Positions 42,250 to 55,852 of a stretch of 64,000 nt of DNA are shown here, piece by piece. Below the pieces are notes generated by a model. That model worked only from the letters and a program-made list of their open reading frames with translations, was not told where the DNA came from and made no database searches. The stretch comes from Octopus vulgaris (lineage: Eukaryota). Both the position numbers and the translations under genes were made by a program. Positions within the stretch are counted from its first letter, which is position 1; the number at the start of each line of letters is the position of its first letter. Location of the stretch: the NCBI GenBank assembly GCA_951406725.2, contig OX597828.1, positions 46,748,001-46,812,000 of the forward strand. The letters are read 5' to 3'.

Positions 42250-45160
42250 AAACAGCAAAATGCTCCAATGGGCGGTGTTCCACCCAGGTCAACAAGGTAC
42301 CTCACACTTCCTAGTCACCCTGAGTGCCAAGAGCACGCCAGGTAAGTACCTCTCTTCTCCTCAACTGCTCCGGCTTACAGGTGAAGACTGTGCCAATTCA
42401 GGCGAGCCATTTTCCCAATATCTACGAACCCCTTAACAGACTTCCCTGGTCTTTTCCGGAGGAACTTCAGGTCGGGGCTTGTGGATAACAACTTCCAGAA
42501 ATCCCTGGGTTGGCAGTGCTATGCTCAATTTTCCTTTCCAAGTGGGACTTGAAAAAGTCGATGAGGTCTTGGCCGAAGTGAAAAGTGTCTGTCTTCAGTC
42601 CTTTTACTCGCGTCTACCACACTACCTCTTTCGCTATAGCCACCAGGAAGAGGAAAACTGTCTTTCCCTCCCAGCCAAAAGAAAGTGGCGGGGCGATCCT
42701 CACAGTGAACTCGGCTGATAACCGGATCCGTCCTACACGTGACAACAGCCGTGCGACAAAGCTCCACAGGTCAATAATGCACGGACACTGGACGAGTGCA
42801 TGCAGGACGTTTTCATCAGCCTACGCACAACTTGGGCATGACTGCCTGTCATCACTTTCACGTCTGTAGAGCTTGTCTCGAACCGGCAGAGCTCACCGAT
42901 AGCACTGCCAGCCTAGGGATTTCTGGAAGTTATCCACAAGCCCCGACCTGAAGTTCCTCCGGAAAAGACCAGTTAGGTGATCCCCCTCGTGGTCAAAGTT
43001 TCTCCGAGGACTTCATCGCTTTTTCCCACCACTAATCCCCTACAGAACTCCATGGTAGAACTTGTACCGACCGCATTGTCCGAGTGGCACAAAGCTATGA
43101 GAGCTTGCCGACACCCCAGTTGCTACGCACCCTTCCTTGGTCTGCGCTTGACCCAGCATTGTAGCTCCGTCAATGAAACGGGCTGTGGAAATTCCTGTTT
43201 GACAAACAGTAACCAAACTTGCTTACCGTTGAGGAAGCGCTAGAGATGTCGCATCCTCAACGCATGTCTGCGCATCATTAGCCACGGCAAGCCCAGTTTT
43301 CCACTCAGCGGCAGTTGACAACACGTCCCTTCCATTCGTGGTTGACCCTATCAAAAGCTTTCGTCTGATCCAAATTAATCAGAACCCCATACCAGATTTC
43401 TTACCCACCTTTTCTATGATGTTGTGCATGTGGTGGAGGTTGTCATGGATAGTTCTCTGTGGGATAGTGCATGTCTCCACATCACCAACCAACTTATCGA
43501 CAAGCGTCAACCACTTGGCTAACACCTTGACTAAAATCTTATAATCTGCATTCGGCAGAGTTATATACCTGAAATTATCGATTTTGTCTCCCTTGTTGGA
43601 TCCTTTGCCAACAGCACTGCCACTCTACGGTTCACAGCACTAGGAATTCTCCCGTTCTGCTGCCAGTTGTGTTAGACGTCTGCCAAGAGATCACTGAACA
43701 AGTCTGACATATGAAAATAAAGCTCGAAGGGCAAACTATCCTGCCCCAGAGACTTCTCTCTTGTGCAGGCCTTCATCGCGTCCCGTATATCTTCGGCAGT
43801 TATCGGCATTTCGCAGAACTCCGCAACCCTGGCTGAGAGGCGTGGCATGCTGCTGAGATAGGAAGTGAAATCCAGCACAATCCCAGACCCACCGTGCGCC
43901 CCATACAGTTCGGTGAAGTACCACTGAAACTCCGCACACATCTGCTTGGACTTGGTTCTCATGCGCCCATCACAGCTTGCCAAAGACTGAATTGTTGCTG
44001 TTTCCACGAAGCGACTCTGCCACCCGGATCCATCCTCCTGTCTTGCTGCACGCATCCTAACTCTTACAACGCAACCTTCATGCTTAGCATTGAAGAATTG
44101 GTCATGGTCCAATTTCGCCACCACTATGCCGGTCGCTTTGCCTTTCCTAAGCGCATCTTCTCGCTTCCTATCTAGGTCTCCCTCTATCCTAGACTCCTCT
44201 AACTGTATTTCCTTACTAAAACCTATCGCTTCTACTCTAATAGCCCTTTTTCAGGGCTATCCACCAACGGCTGTTGACGATTGCGCCCGCCAACTCTCGA
44301 TGGACTAACTTGCTAACACAGTCTCTGAAAGCGTTGCGCGCCGGGAAGGAGGCGTTCAGCTTCCAGGATCCGGGGCCCTGTCTATGGATCCTATCTATGT
44401 CGACCGTACAGATCACAAAATTATGGTACGTATAGCTGACGACTTTGAAACGTGGACAACTGACACTACTTCTCTCTGCAGGCCTACACAATTCTCTATC
44501 TAGACCCAATGGAAGACCCAATGCGGTTCATATTGGCGCATTTGGGAAATCCAGTCAGTACCTTGTCATCCAACTGGAAGCGACTGAGTAGGTTTCTGAG
44601 TCTTTTACTCCCCCTTTTCCAATCAGCTAGCCCCGCCCTATCGAGGCGTGCATTTACGATGGCGATTTAGTCAACCACTAACATTAAAGAACATGACGTC
44701 CCAAGGAGACACATTTGATTTGTTGAGTAACTGCCTCAACACCCAGTCATAATGCTGTAAGAGCTCCTACCTGGTCGAAAACCATCCTGGGTATCCCTCA
44801 GCAAGTTATTTTCCTCAAGGAATGCGATTAGTTTCTTTCTGACTATCCTTTCCATGACTTTGCTGAAGAAATCTGGCTGCCTCACCTCCATGGGGCGTAA
44901 ACAGTGACTGGTCTAGAGGCACCACCTTCACTGTCTCTTACGCCGAGAACTACCAACGTACCCTTCAGGTCCAGGAAGATAGTCCGAATTTGAAGATCCA
45001 GGCTTTTCCTAAACAGCACTGCTGCCCCGCCTCCCATTCCGGACTAACTAAGAGATGCGAAAATCGCATAATCGTAGAAAATGGGTGCAAGATCGCGTGT
45101 TTCAGAAATCCTGGTCTCACTGGCTGCTATCACATCCAAACCTAACAACGACATTGCTTC
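42250..45160 (-). mobile_element. Degenerate L1/Tx1-clade LINE ORF2 (APE, RT start, CCHC); RT core deleted
   Basis: VYAP; GPGSWKLNAS; PITAEDIRDAM..KSLGQDSLPFELY; NFRYITLPNADYKILVKVLA; LDQTKAFDRVNH; C-terminal CPSC..ENVLHALVQC. Confidence 0.88.
44709..44866 (-). mobile_element. CR1-type reverse transcriptase fragment inside the Tx1 APE domain
   Basis: Minus strand SKVMERIVRKKLIAFLEENNLLRDTQDGFRPGRS. Confidence 0.75.
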
Positions 45161-45256
45161 CAGAGTGACCTCAGGTCGCGAACATTTATAAATCACACTC
45201 TGACAATCACAATGTCGGCTCGAAAGGGTTAAAGAAAAGAAAAAAGTGGAGGTTAC

Positions 45257-45560
45257 TTACCCACCTGGAGTTGTTGGCAGCCCGGGCTCCGGATCTGGTT
45301 CCTCTGCGAAATGGGCTAAAATGCTCTTGGTGGCGTGGACGTTTGGCCTTACCACGTCATGCGGGAAGTCCACCTGAATTATTTCTTTGAATTCTTTGAG
45401 GGGTAACCGTATCAACATAAAGTGATCTGGAACCCTAAGGGTGCTGGTGTCATAGGTTACACTCTCTCTCAATCTTTGTGACCACTTCCACTGTTTCCAC
45501 TCACCACAACACCGTCACCTCTTTGAATTGTGTTCTGAATTGCGTCGCTAACACTACTAC
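45257..45560 (-). pseudogene. Probable ORF1 remnant of the adjacent LINE
   Basis: Complex-sequence frames (TQFKEVTV..VEVVTKIERE / LIRLPLKEFKEIIQVDFP) directly upstream of ORF2 on the same strand. Confidence 0.4.
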
Positions 45561-45609
45561 TACTACTACTACAACTGCCGCTGCTGTCACCGCTGTAACC
45601 ACTGTGCCT

Positions 45610-45688
<79 letters not shown>

Positions 45689-47012
45689 CACGACGAGCTT
45701 CTTTCAATTTCCTTCGACCAAACCCACTGACAAGGGTTTGGCTGGCCCGAGGCTATAGTAGAGGTTAGCTTGCCAAAGGTGATATGACGAGTACCAAGCT
45801 TCTTACCACAGAGCCACGCCTTTTATTATAGTATACTAAATTTATTTTTACCATACTAACTGTACAACGTTACACAATACTACAATACATTACAACTTAC
45901 TATACGACACAAAGCCGTATTACATTATTGCTCAACTATTGATCACACTCCACTCCACACCACTCCACACCACTCCACTTCCACCTTATAAGCCGTCTCA
46001 GTATCAACACACGATCTTTCAGATAAACTTCCTTCATTATATTTAAATGTAAACAAATTTATATGTAAATTATATCCATAGACACAATGACAGGCACACT
46101 CGTGCATGCACGCACATAGATACAGGCGTGCACACATACACACATGCACACACAGACATTCACACACATACGTACACGTACACACCCGCACACACACACA
46201 CACACACACACGCACGTACACACAATTATTCGTAATCCTTTATTTGAAAAGAGGTCAGTTTCGGCGAAAAGGAAGCGCATTTAGTTGTGAAATACTGCCC
46301 TAAATAACAAGTATCCATCCAACCAACATAGAAATTAGACGTAAGGTGATCTGCCTACTGCAACGTGCTAAAAGAAGAAAAAAACACAGTAAGAAAACAT
46401 TTGATAAACTAACAACGATATCAGATCATTCAATGATAATCTCAGGGAAGATCAGCTGCTAGAAACCCAATCATATACCAACTTCCTGTCATAAAACAAC
46501 AAGAAAAACGACAAGCGGTTTTGCAACATGGCTGCAGTACTTCGATGAAACCATTAGAAAAGAATCTATCTATCTAGCTAGCTATCTATCTAGCTAGCTA
46601 TCTATCTACACACACACATATACACACACACATATACACACACACGCATACACACGCACACACACACACATACACACACACACACAAACATATATATATA
46701 TATATACTTTGATACTTTGATAGGTTTCGGACAGTATTGTCTCAAGCCGTGTCTAACTTAATACCACCACTTGGCAAAGTCATTCAAATCAGGAATCAGA
46801 CAACATCGCTCATCGAGGAGAGTGTTATTAATCGAAATTACCAGAATAGGACAACTTTAACGTGAAATAACTTCGTAAATATAAGTTTTTCTCAAAAATT
46901 CTTAGAGTAAAAGATGTTTTATATGACACATTCTACCAGTGTCCGAAGTTTGAAAGTGTTTAGTTACAAAAAATTATTTTTTAAATCTGTCGGGCAAAAG
47001 GTAAAGATCCGG

Positions 47013-48270
47013 AATTTCATATTGGTCAACCAGGGATTTCGAGAATAAAATCATTAATGAGAAGTCATGTGTACTGACCAACAATGGACCCTGACAATGA
47101 AGAATCGGTGAAAGCATGCAAAGGGTGTACTTTAACTGCGAAATCACCTACTACTAAATGGCAATCGTGGCCTAAAGCAGATCTTCAATGGGCCAGGCTG
47201 CATGTTGATTACGCAAGTCCACTTAATAGTTCATATTACCTTGTTGTGGTGGACAGTATTTCAAAGTGACCAGAAGTGCATATATGTAAAAAGCCGACAT
47301 CTTCTGTTACAATAAGATTTTTACATGAATTGTACGCCGGGTATGGTATTCCTAACCACTGTGTCTGATTTTTTAACTCAATTTACGTCAGCCGAGTTCA
47401 GAAAATGTTGAGAAATGTTCGTTATCCTAGGTTAAATGGACAAACGGAGCGTTTTGTTGACACTTTCAAGAGGGCGTTGAGAAGGACGAACAGTGAAGTT
47501 ATGGACAACCTTGCACTGCAACAATTTCAAAGAGTGTACCGTGTAACACCTAATCCGAATACGCTGTTGAGAATGTCACCCGCAGAATTGATGTTTGCTA
47601 GGAAAGTCAGACCCGTCTTTGATAATCTAATACCAAGTGAAAATTTTTTAAAAAAGGCGAACAACAAAAATACTTCAAAATTCTTCAAGTTGGGTGTCAA
47701 AGTTTTTTTTTTAAACCTATAGATATAGTAAAGAATGCTGGGAGGATGGTATAAATATTGAACCAATTGGAACTATGTTATTCCTGGTAAAAGGAAAAAA
47801 TGTCGAACATAAAAAGACATATCAACCGGCTTAAGAAAATATTCACGGAAAGAACAGTCACGAGAAAGTAAATCCCCATGGAAGTATTATACGACATGCT
47901 TGAGGTACCAACACCCAAACAATTTGAAATTACGTTCTAGCACCAGAAAACTGAAAAGAACAGACGCACTGGAATTGAACCTTAAGCGTAAGAGATATTA
48001 AAACTGAGTGAAGTTCAATTCTCAAAGGAGGAGAAGTGAGCGGAGACTGATACTAAAAAGGGGAGATATTGTGGAAGGATTCCGACCACCCCTTAAGTAA
48101 CTAAAGGCGGTCTGAGTCAATGTTATAAAACAAAGAACTGTGAGCGATTGACAGCTTAGGTTGGTTAGCAGTTCATTATGAGCCGTGATTGAGAGCGTTG
48201 AATTTCATGTAATAGTAATAGTAGTGCGTCGTGTATATACTTTCTCCCCCACCGTTTCATTAAATATATA
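47013..48270 (+). mobile_element. Gypsy LTR retrotransposon 3' remnant (integrase, PPT, LTR start)
   Basis: GQPGISRIKSLMRSHVY..CKGC (HHCC), WARLHVDYA..LVVVDS, NGQTERFVDTFK; purine tract AAAAAGGGGAGA at 48055-48066. Confidence 0.85.
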
Positions 48271-49008
48271 TATCCACCATACTAAGATATAATATATATA
48301 TATATATATATATATAGAAAGAGAGGGAAAGAGAGAGAGAAAGAGAGAGATTGAGAGAGAGTGAGCGAGACGGAGACAGACAGACAGACTTGGTTGTATT
48401 TCAAATATTATTAAAATACCATATGCTCCATTCAGCAGTTTTGCAGACACACACAAACGACCTCCGATGAATCGTAAGAAAGACAATGTAATTTTAGTCG
48501 AAGCTCATTTCAAGCTACCGAATAACATAAGGCCTAATTTTACGTAGAGACTAATAATTAAATGTTATTAAATATATTAATATGTCTTCGTATAAATAAT
48601 TAGTCATGTGTGTGTGTGTGTGTGTGTGTGTGTATGCATATATATATATATATAATATAGGATAACATTTTCGAAGAAAATTTTATCAGTGGCCAGCATA
48701 TTAAAAAATACCTTTTAAGGTTAAATTTATAAAAAAACTTATAAACAAGGGCAAAAGAAAAAATTCCAATGCCAAATATGCCGAAAATAGACTTAAATCG
48801 TCAATAACAACATATAGTGAGGAATTATATGTGGTTATTGAATTATGCGCTTATAGCGATGAATTATATGGCTTTTTACTCAAACATTCTGTATCTGCCT
48901 TCTCTTACTAAATATATGTATGTATGTATGTATCTATGTATGTATGTATCTATGTATGTATGTATGTATGGATGGATGGATGGATGGATGCATGTATATA
49001 TATGTAAG

Positions 49009-49056
<48 letters not shown>

Positions 49057-49066
<10 letters not shown>

Positions 49067-49312
49067 TAAATTAGAGATAAAACCACTATTAGGCAAATCA
49101 TACAATGAAAAACTTAAGCCAATACATAAGATTATTTAATTTATATTATTTAAATATATAATAAAATTATTAAAAAATATAATTAATTATATTTTTTAAT
49201 AATTTTGTTATATATTTAAATAATATAAATTAAATAATCTTATGTATTGGCTTAAGTTTTTCATTGTATGATTTGCCTAATAGTGGTTTTATCTCTAATT
49301 TAATATAATATA
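49057..49312. repeat. 256-bp spacerless palindrome (inverted PLE-type terminus)
   Basis: Arms are reverse complements around AATT|AATT (49184/49185); one mismatch seen; arm sequence recurs at 63680-63717 and 17770-17800. Confidence 0.9.
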
Positions 49313-49386
49313 ATATTTTACTATAAAATTGGATTCAATCCTAAATCTGATTTTTCCCTGTAAGTTTGGATTTATTCCCTAATATT

Positions 49387-49449
<63 letters not shown>

Positions 49450-49454
49450 TACAT

Positions 49455-50230
49455 ACGAGATCTAATCAATAAGTAGTATCCGGACTGTTGCCATAGTAAT
49501 GAAGCTAAAGCACGCAAAGTAAAGCCGCTTGACACAGATTGACTTTGAACATTACTGCGCATGCACACTAAGTTTTAACATTCTAGCTCACTTCCGCTGT
49601 TTACACCAGTGCTTGGAAGAAAAGTGTGTAGCGTGTTATAGTTCATTGACAATTAAAGAAAAAAGTTGTCATTGCGAAACCTGCTCAGAGTCCTACGCAA
49701 CGTTATAGAATGTGTATGGAGAGGAGCGTACGAGCCGCATACCAGTGTACGAGTGGTTCAGACATTTCTAAGATGGCCGAAAAAATATCGATATTGACGA
49801 ACGTTCACGGAGATCCACAACAAGCAGAACTGAGGAAAACATCGCCGATATACTTGCAACTGTACGGGAAATCGTTGAATCATCATGTGTAGATTAGCTA
49901 TAATTCAGTTCAGTCCATTATCACTGAAGATTTGGGTGTGAGACGCGTGTCTGCCAAGTTTGAACCAAAACTGCTTTCAGCTGACCAAAAGACACTCGGG
50001 TTTCGGTTGCAAAAGATCTCTTGATTGCGTTGAGAACGATGAAAACTTTTTGAAAACTTTGCGTAAGCCGCTGAGCAGGTATCACCAAGCGTTTGGCAAA
50101 ATTTGATGCAGATTCTCTGCTCAACTTTCTATTATGTTCAAAGCGACAATCACATGCTATATACCTTCCTTTCAACTACTGCTGTAAGCAACAGAAGTGA
50201 GCTAGAACAACAGAGTTGCGCATGCACAAC
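49455..50230 (+). mobile_element. Internally deleted mariner element
   Basis: TACGAGATCTAATCAATAAG..CCGGACTGTTG TIR; VYEWFRHF..DERS, ITEDLGVRRVSAKF..LSADQK; homologous to 16566-17405. Confidence 0.78.
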
Positions 50231-50391
50231 AGATGAACACGATGCATCACGAAGTCCAGAAATTGAAACCACGATCGCACGATCGGGTCGTGAGTGTAAC
50301 ACCGTTAGCCACTAAGCTACATACCCTCATATATATGTGTGTGTGTGTTTACGTGTATATGTATATATAATCGCATATAAATATATAAAAT

Positions 50392-50624
50392 AAATAAATG
50401 CGCCCTTTTAAAGGGTTTCTCGGTTTCAATGGCGTATGTGTTCCCCAGCTGGACGGGACGCCAGTCCATCGCAACGTTACTCATTTTTTATCAGCTGAAT
50501 AAACTGGAGCAACGTGAAATGAAGTGTTTTGCTCAAGAACACAGCGTGTCGCCCGGTCCAGGAATCGAAACCACAATCTTACAATCATGATGCTGACACC
50601 CTAAACCCTAAGCCACGCGCCTCC
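50392..50624 (-). mobile_element. SINE with head type D and tail 2
   Basis: Head GGAGGCGCGTGGCTTAG..GGTTTCGATTCCTGGACCGGGCG; tail shared with 27850-27960. Confidence 0.8.
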
Positions 50625-51329
50625 ACACACACACACACATATATATGGATGAGCGTTTGCGTCAATGCATGTTTGTGTGAATGTGTGTGCGCGCGTTTGT
50701 GTGTGTCTTTGTTTATTCCTGTTGTGAATGCAGCTAATCAAATGAGACCGATTTATATATATATATATATAATTAAGTAGATCCAGTACCATTTGATTTT
50801 TCCCTTTTTACCTTCTTTCCTTTCTTTTTTTTTTTGTTTTTCCCTCCTTTTTTCTTCTTTTATAAAAACTAAACGACATACATTTCTGACTTCTTTTCTT
50901 TTAGTTTGAATTTGAAAGCCTTTAAGCAGCATTCCCGACCAGTTAACAACATTTTCGTGAGATTTAGGGCGGAAGGTAATCGGCAACAACATTTTTTTTT
51001 TATTTTTATTCTATATTATTATTCTTATTATTATTATTGTTGTTGTTGTTGTTGTTGTGTTTTTTATTATTTTTCTTTTGTTTATATGTTGTGTTTTTTT
51101 CTTCTTCTTCTCCCCTTTCATTTATTTCTCTTGATTATGTGTTGTTATAGAGGCGTCGCCATATATTACAAGTATACAGCGAAAGTATAAGAAAAAAAGA
51201 AACGAAAACTCAGTACACATTAAAGAAAGTAGGTCTAATGTTAATTAGATCACGAAATAATATACAAGTCGTTGCCTTTCGTCACGTAATTTCCAGCAGC
51301 AGCGCCACCTCCACCGACACCTTGGCAGT

Positions 51330-51363
<34 letters not shown>

Positions 51364-51629
51364 GTCTCGATCCGTACCTCATTATTGCATGTGAGAACTT
51401 CTAATCTGAATTTATTATTGAAATAAATTAACCGTGTTACAGTTAATAATTTAATCAATTTCTGATCTGTTTAAATTAGTTATATTAACATTCCAGATAC
51501 AGCGTTCATGTGAACACATTGCTGTCTTTCAAGATTTTACAAGAAGAAAGAAACAAACAAATCAATAAAACAGAAATGGTCTCCTGATAAATATAAACAA
51601 CAAAAAGACTTATAATACTAATAGTTCTT

Positions 51630-52208
51630 TCTGTTATCGGTACAAGGCCAGAAATGTGGGTGGGGGCAAGTCATTTACGCCAACCCCAGTGCTCAACTGG
51701 TGATCATTCCATCGACTACAAAAGGATCAAAGGCAAAGTCAACTCCGGTAGATTTTGAACTCAAAGCGTGAAGTCGAACGAAATAGCGCTAAGAACTTTA
51801 CCTGGCGGGCTACAGATTCTGTCAGATCGCCGTCTTTATAATAAAGATTTCAAATTTTGGCACACGGCGAGCAATCTTGGAAGAGTGGGGATGGGGTCTA
51901 AGTCGATTTCATCGACCCGAAAGGCAAAGTCGACCTCGGCGGAGTTTGTACTCAGAACGTAGCCGCAGACGAAATATTTATTTCTTTACTACCCACAAGG
52001 GGCTAAACACAGACAGGACAAACAAGGACAGACAAGCGGATTAAGTCGATTATATCGACCCAGTACGTAACTGGTACTTATTTAATCGACTCCGAAAGCT
52101 TGAAAAGCAAAGTCGTCCTCGGCGGAATTTGAACTCAGAACGTAGCGGCTGACGAAATACCACTAAAGATTTCGCCCGTTGTGCTAACGATTCTGCCAGC
52201 TCGCCTCC
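51630..52208 (-). mobile_element. Stacked SINE family C copies
   Basis: Full copy at 51975-52208 plus older fragments at lower coordinates. Confidence 0.8.
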
Positions 52209-52641
52209 TTCAATGATGATGATGATGATGTATTTTGGTAAAATTTCATCATTACTATTAACTGAGATACCGAGTTCAAAGAAGCGATTTGGTAGAGTAG
52301 TTAGAGCAGCGTATAGAATTCTTTGAATCCTGTGGCAATTTTCGCAAAAGTCCTCGGCGTTTTGAGTTCAATTTCCACTGTGGTCAATTTTCCGTTTTGT
52401 TTTTTTTTCTTTCGTGATTGATAAATAAAGTACTAGCTCAGAACTAGAGTTGGTGCTTCGCTCTCTCTCTTCTCTCACCCCTTTCTATCAGTCATTCTTC
52501 CTCTGTTTCTCTCTGGATGATCGGAATGAGTCTATCTGCCATAGAATCATTCCGACTTTACCAAAAAATATGGCAATAAATGACTTACTTCATACACACC
52601 CTGCCTGCATACTACAATCCATAAACCCCAAGCCCTGCAGT

Positions 52642-52692
<51 letters not shown>

Positions 52693-52729
52693 ATCTATCT
52701 ATCTATCTAGCTAGCTACCTATCTTTCTC

Positions 52730-53000
52730 TCTCAACGAGCTCGTCGTCGTACCTCCCCTCCACTAATCTATAGAATGCTTTGGTTGTGATGAAGTCACTC
52801 AAGGTCGACCTTTTTTTATTTTTTTTTTATTTTTTGTTCCTTTCTTCCCTTTTACGATCCCTCTTGATCGAAAACCTACGCCACCCCTTTTTTTTGGTTG
52901 TTTCTTTTGTTTTTTGTTTTTTTCATCCCCCAAAAGAAAAGCTCTACCTTGTAACTTGTCCCATCTGTGTGCAGCCCTGTGTGGCCAATAAAGAAACTTG
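52730..53000. mobile_element. Short L1/Tx1 insertion with 5' inversion
   Basis: 52730-52800 (-) TTKAFYRLVEGRYDDEL resembles 43005-43070 (-); 52800-53000 (+) is a 3' UTR-like segment ending GTGGCCAATAAAGAAA. Confidence 0.5.
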
Positions 53001-53749
53001 TCTTTCTCTATCAACGTTACTGTAACTGCCTCTGCTTTTCTTTTAAAAGAGCAGATTCCACACAGGAGATCCGGAAGTAGCTGTACTCTTTGTTCTTTCA
53101 TTATCACTAATATGTTTACTCATCGTATTAGTCTTTTCTTTCACACCAAATACGTCACTCAATAATTTCTCCTCGGAATACTTGCGACTTCTTGGAATTC
53201 TCTCATTGATAACGTTGTTGTTGTTGTTGTTAGCTTTGTCGTCGTCGTTGTCGTTGTTGTTGCTTCCAAGGAGACATCAATCCATTGCAATTGAAACAGA
53301 ATATAACCAACGTTCAACTGACTTCACTTTTGTTTTCATTATTTCAATACAAACCACCAAGAATGTCTTGAAGGGATTATTTTCATCACAACCAGCTTGA
53401 GTGTCATGAAGGACTTATCGTCTTAGTCCCAACATTTTTGCTGCATGGAACATCCGACAGAAAAAAAAAATCGAACGACATTGTTTGCTGCCGCTAGTCT
53501 CCTGACAGACCGTTTCACTGTTTATTGATCGCTCCTCAGAAAGTACATTTCCATACTCATTCTGCAATCAATTCCATAGATCGTCCCTATCAAAAGCAGT
53601 CTTGATTTAAGCTGTCACGTGGAGCTGTCATTAAACTGGGAAACGGTTGTCAGAAACTGCCGTCTTTTTTAAGCTGTACTTCAGCAGACTCGAAGGAGCG
53701 TGTTTACAGTATTATTAAAACTTTTCTCATATTTAAATCCAATATTATA

Positions 53750-54144
53750 TCTTTATATATAAAAGTAAGGTTGTGTGTCTGTCTCCTACGATTTAGATTC
53801 CTAACTACTCCCACATTTTGCGGTGCAGTTTAACCAAAACTGGATATCTTATAGTCGTGATTCATATCGAGCCCTTCTGGATATTAGCGCGCGTCTACGA
53901 TGAGTCTACGATTTTTAAAAAATTTACCATCATTTTTTCCATTTTAATGCATTTTTGTCGCTATTATTTAAGGGAAGTAACTATCTAAAAATGTCGACGA
54001 TGAGTCAACGATTTAAAAAAAATTTACCATCATTTTTTTCCATTTTTAATGCATTTTTTTGCTATTTTTTGGCTATAACTCTCTAAAAATGCTTATATAG
54101 TTATTTCCCTTACAAACCCGAGCAACGCCGGGCGATACTGCTAG
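53750..54144 (+). mobile_element. Complete non-autonomous Helitron
   Basis: A^TC 5' end, subterminal hairpin CCCG-AGCAACGC-CGGG, CTAG^T 3' end, internal tandem duplication. Confidence 0.85.
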
Positions 54145-54414
54145 TAATATCTAAATTTACTTGGTTTCCCCCGATTTACACCGTATCCTGCATTAATAGA
54201 TATTGTTCGCTGGTTAGTTGTCTTATCTGATTCCACTTAATTTTATATCACATCTTCGATATAAAACATTGTACTTGGTGACGTGCTATTGTGTTGGGTT
54301 AAGCAGTGCAAGACTGCGTACAAGATTCTGCGTGTGTGTGTGTGTGTGTTTGAGTATGTGTATGCGTGTATGCATGTGTGTGCGTGTGACTGTATGCACG
54401 TATGTATATGTATA

Positions 54415-54465
<51 letters not shown>

Positions 54466-54468
<3 letters not shown>

Positions 54469-54670
54469 TTAATCCAAACGGGAAAACAGAAAAAACAACA
54501 ACACATGGAACAATTACAGTATTATTATTATTAGGCGCTCAGGAAAATGGAAGAAGGAGGGTATGACGTTTCGAGCGGAGCTCTTCGTCGGAAACATAGG
54601 AGAAAGAAAGATCCCGAGACGGGAGGACAGAGGAAAAAAAATTGCAGGTAGTCTTCACGAGGTCACATAC
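54466..54670 (-). mobile_element. PLE-type terminal fragment (family P2) with HHR-like core
   Basis: Minus strand CCGACGA-A-GAGC-TCC-GCTC-GAAACGTC; abuts (TA)n. Confidence 0.55.
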
Positions 54671-55116
54671 TAAAAAGACGGAAGTGGTAAAAAAGGAGGA
54701 AAATGTTTTTTAAAAACAGGAGAGCTGAATCAAAGAGGGAATGGTAAAAAAGGTGTGCGAGATGACGAGGGTGTGTGTGTGAGTGTGTGCGTGTGTGTGT
54801 ATGTGTGTGTATGGTGGACAGTGGCTAGTAGCAGGCAGTAGTAGAATTAAAGGAGTGGTGTGGGTGTACCCTAATATATATCAATGTTTGTTGTTCGTTC
54901 ATAATCGAAACAATTTTATATTAATCTGCTAGGTTGCTCTATACACTTGTAGAACATACACATTTATTGTTCTTAAAACAAGAATACTATTAATAGTGAA
55001 TTTGGAGTTATGGTCAATAAGCAATCGACGAAGGCCTACATTTCGAAGTCACTCACAATAGTATTTTTGTTTATATACATGTATAAATATATATATATGC
55101 ATATATATACATGTAT

Positions 55117-55156
<40 letters not shown>

Positions 55157-55852
55157 GTTTAAATATTTGTTGTGCAAGATTTTTTATGTGAAGTCGTGTG
55201 TTGAAACAGATATTGTTATATTTCGGAATGGTCATATTGCCAGTTTAGCCAATAAAAACACACGCACTATATATTTGGTGTTATTTTGCTTCAGTGATAT
55301 TTATTTTTTACATTAATCTTAATCTTATTTCGGCCAAAGTTCTTTCGTCACACTCCTGTGACCGCATCAGTGGTCCTTTGTTTTCTTCTCACTTACTTGT
55401 GTCTCTCCTTACTAACCGTCAGCCATTTTGTATTTCTATTGTATGTCTTCATTTGCGCATGCTTATATCTCTATGTGCGTCTATGTTTATTTAGTGTGTG
55501 TGGGGGGGATGCCTGTAATATTTGTATCTTCTGGTTATATACATTCTTGTAATTTGTATTTTGTTTTTGTTGTTGTTGCTTTTGTTCTAATTTTGTTCAT
55601 GTGTTTACATCCACCCATTATTATCATTACATATGCTTGTATGTATGTATAACAACAATATTAGTAATAATAATAATAAATCTAATCGAAAAAAAAAAAA
55701 AAAGAATATACATATACATATATATATATACATACATATACATATACATATACATATATATACATATATACACACATATATACACATATAGATATTCATT
55801 TCTATTTCTTTAATTACCTGTGTATTTATTATGTTTACAGGATCCACTATTG

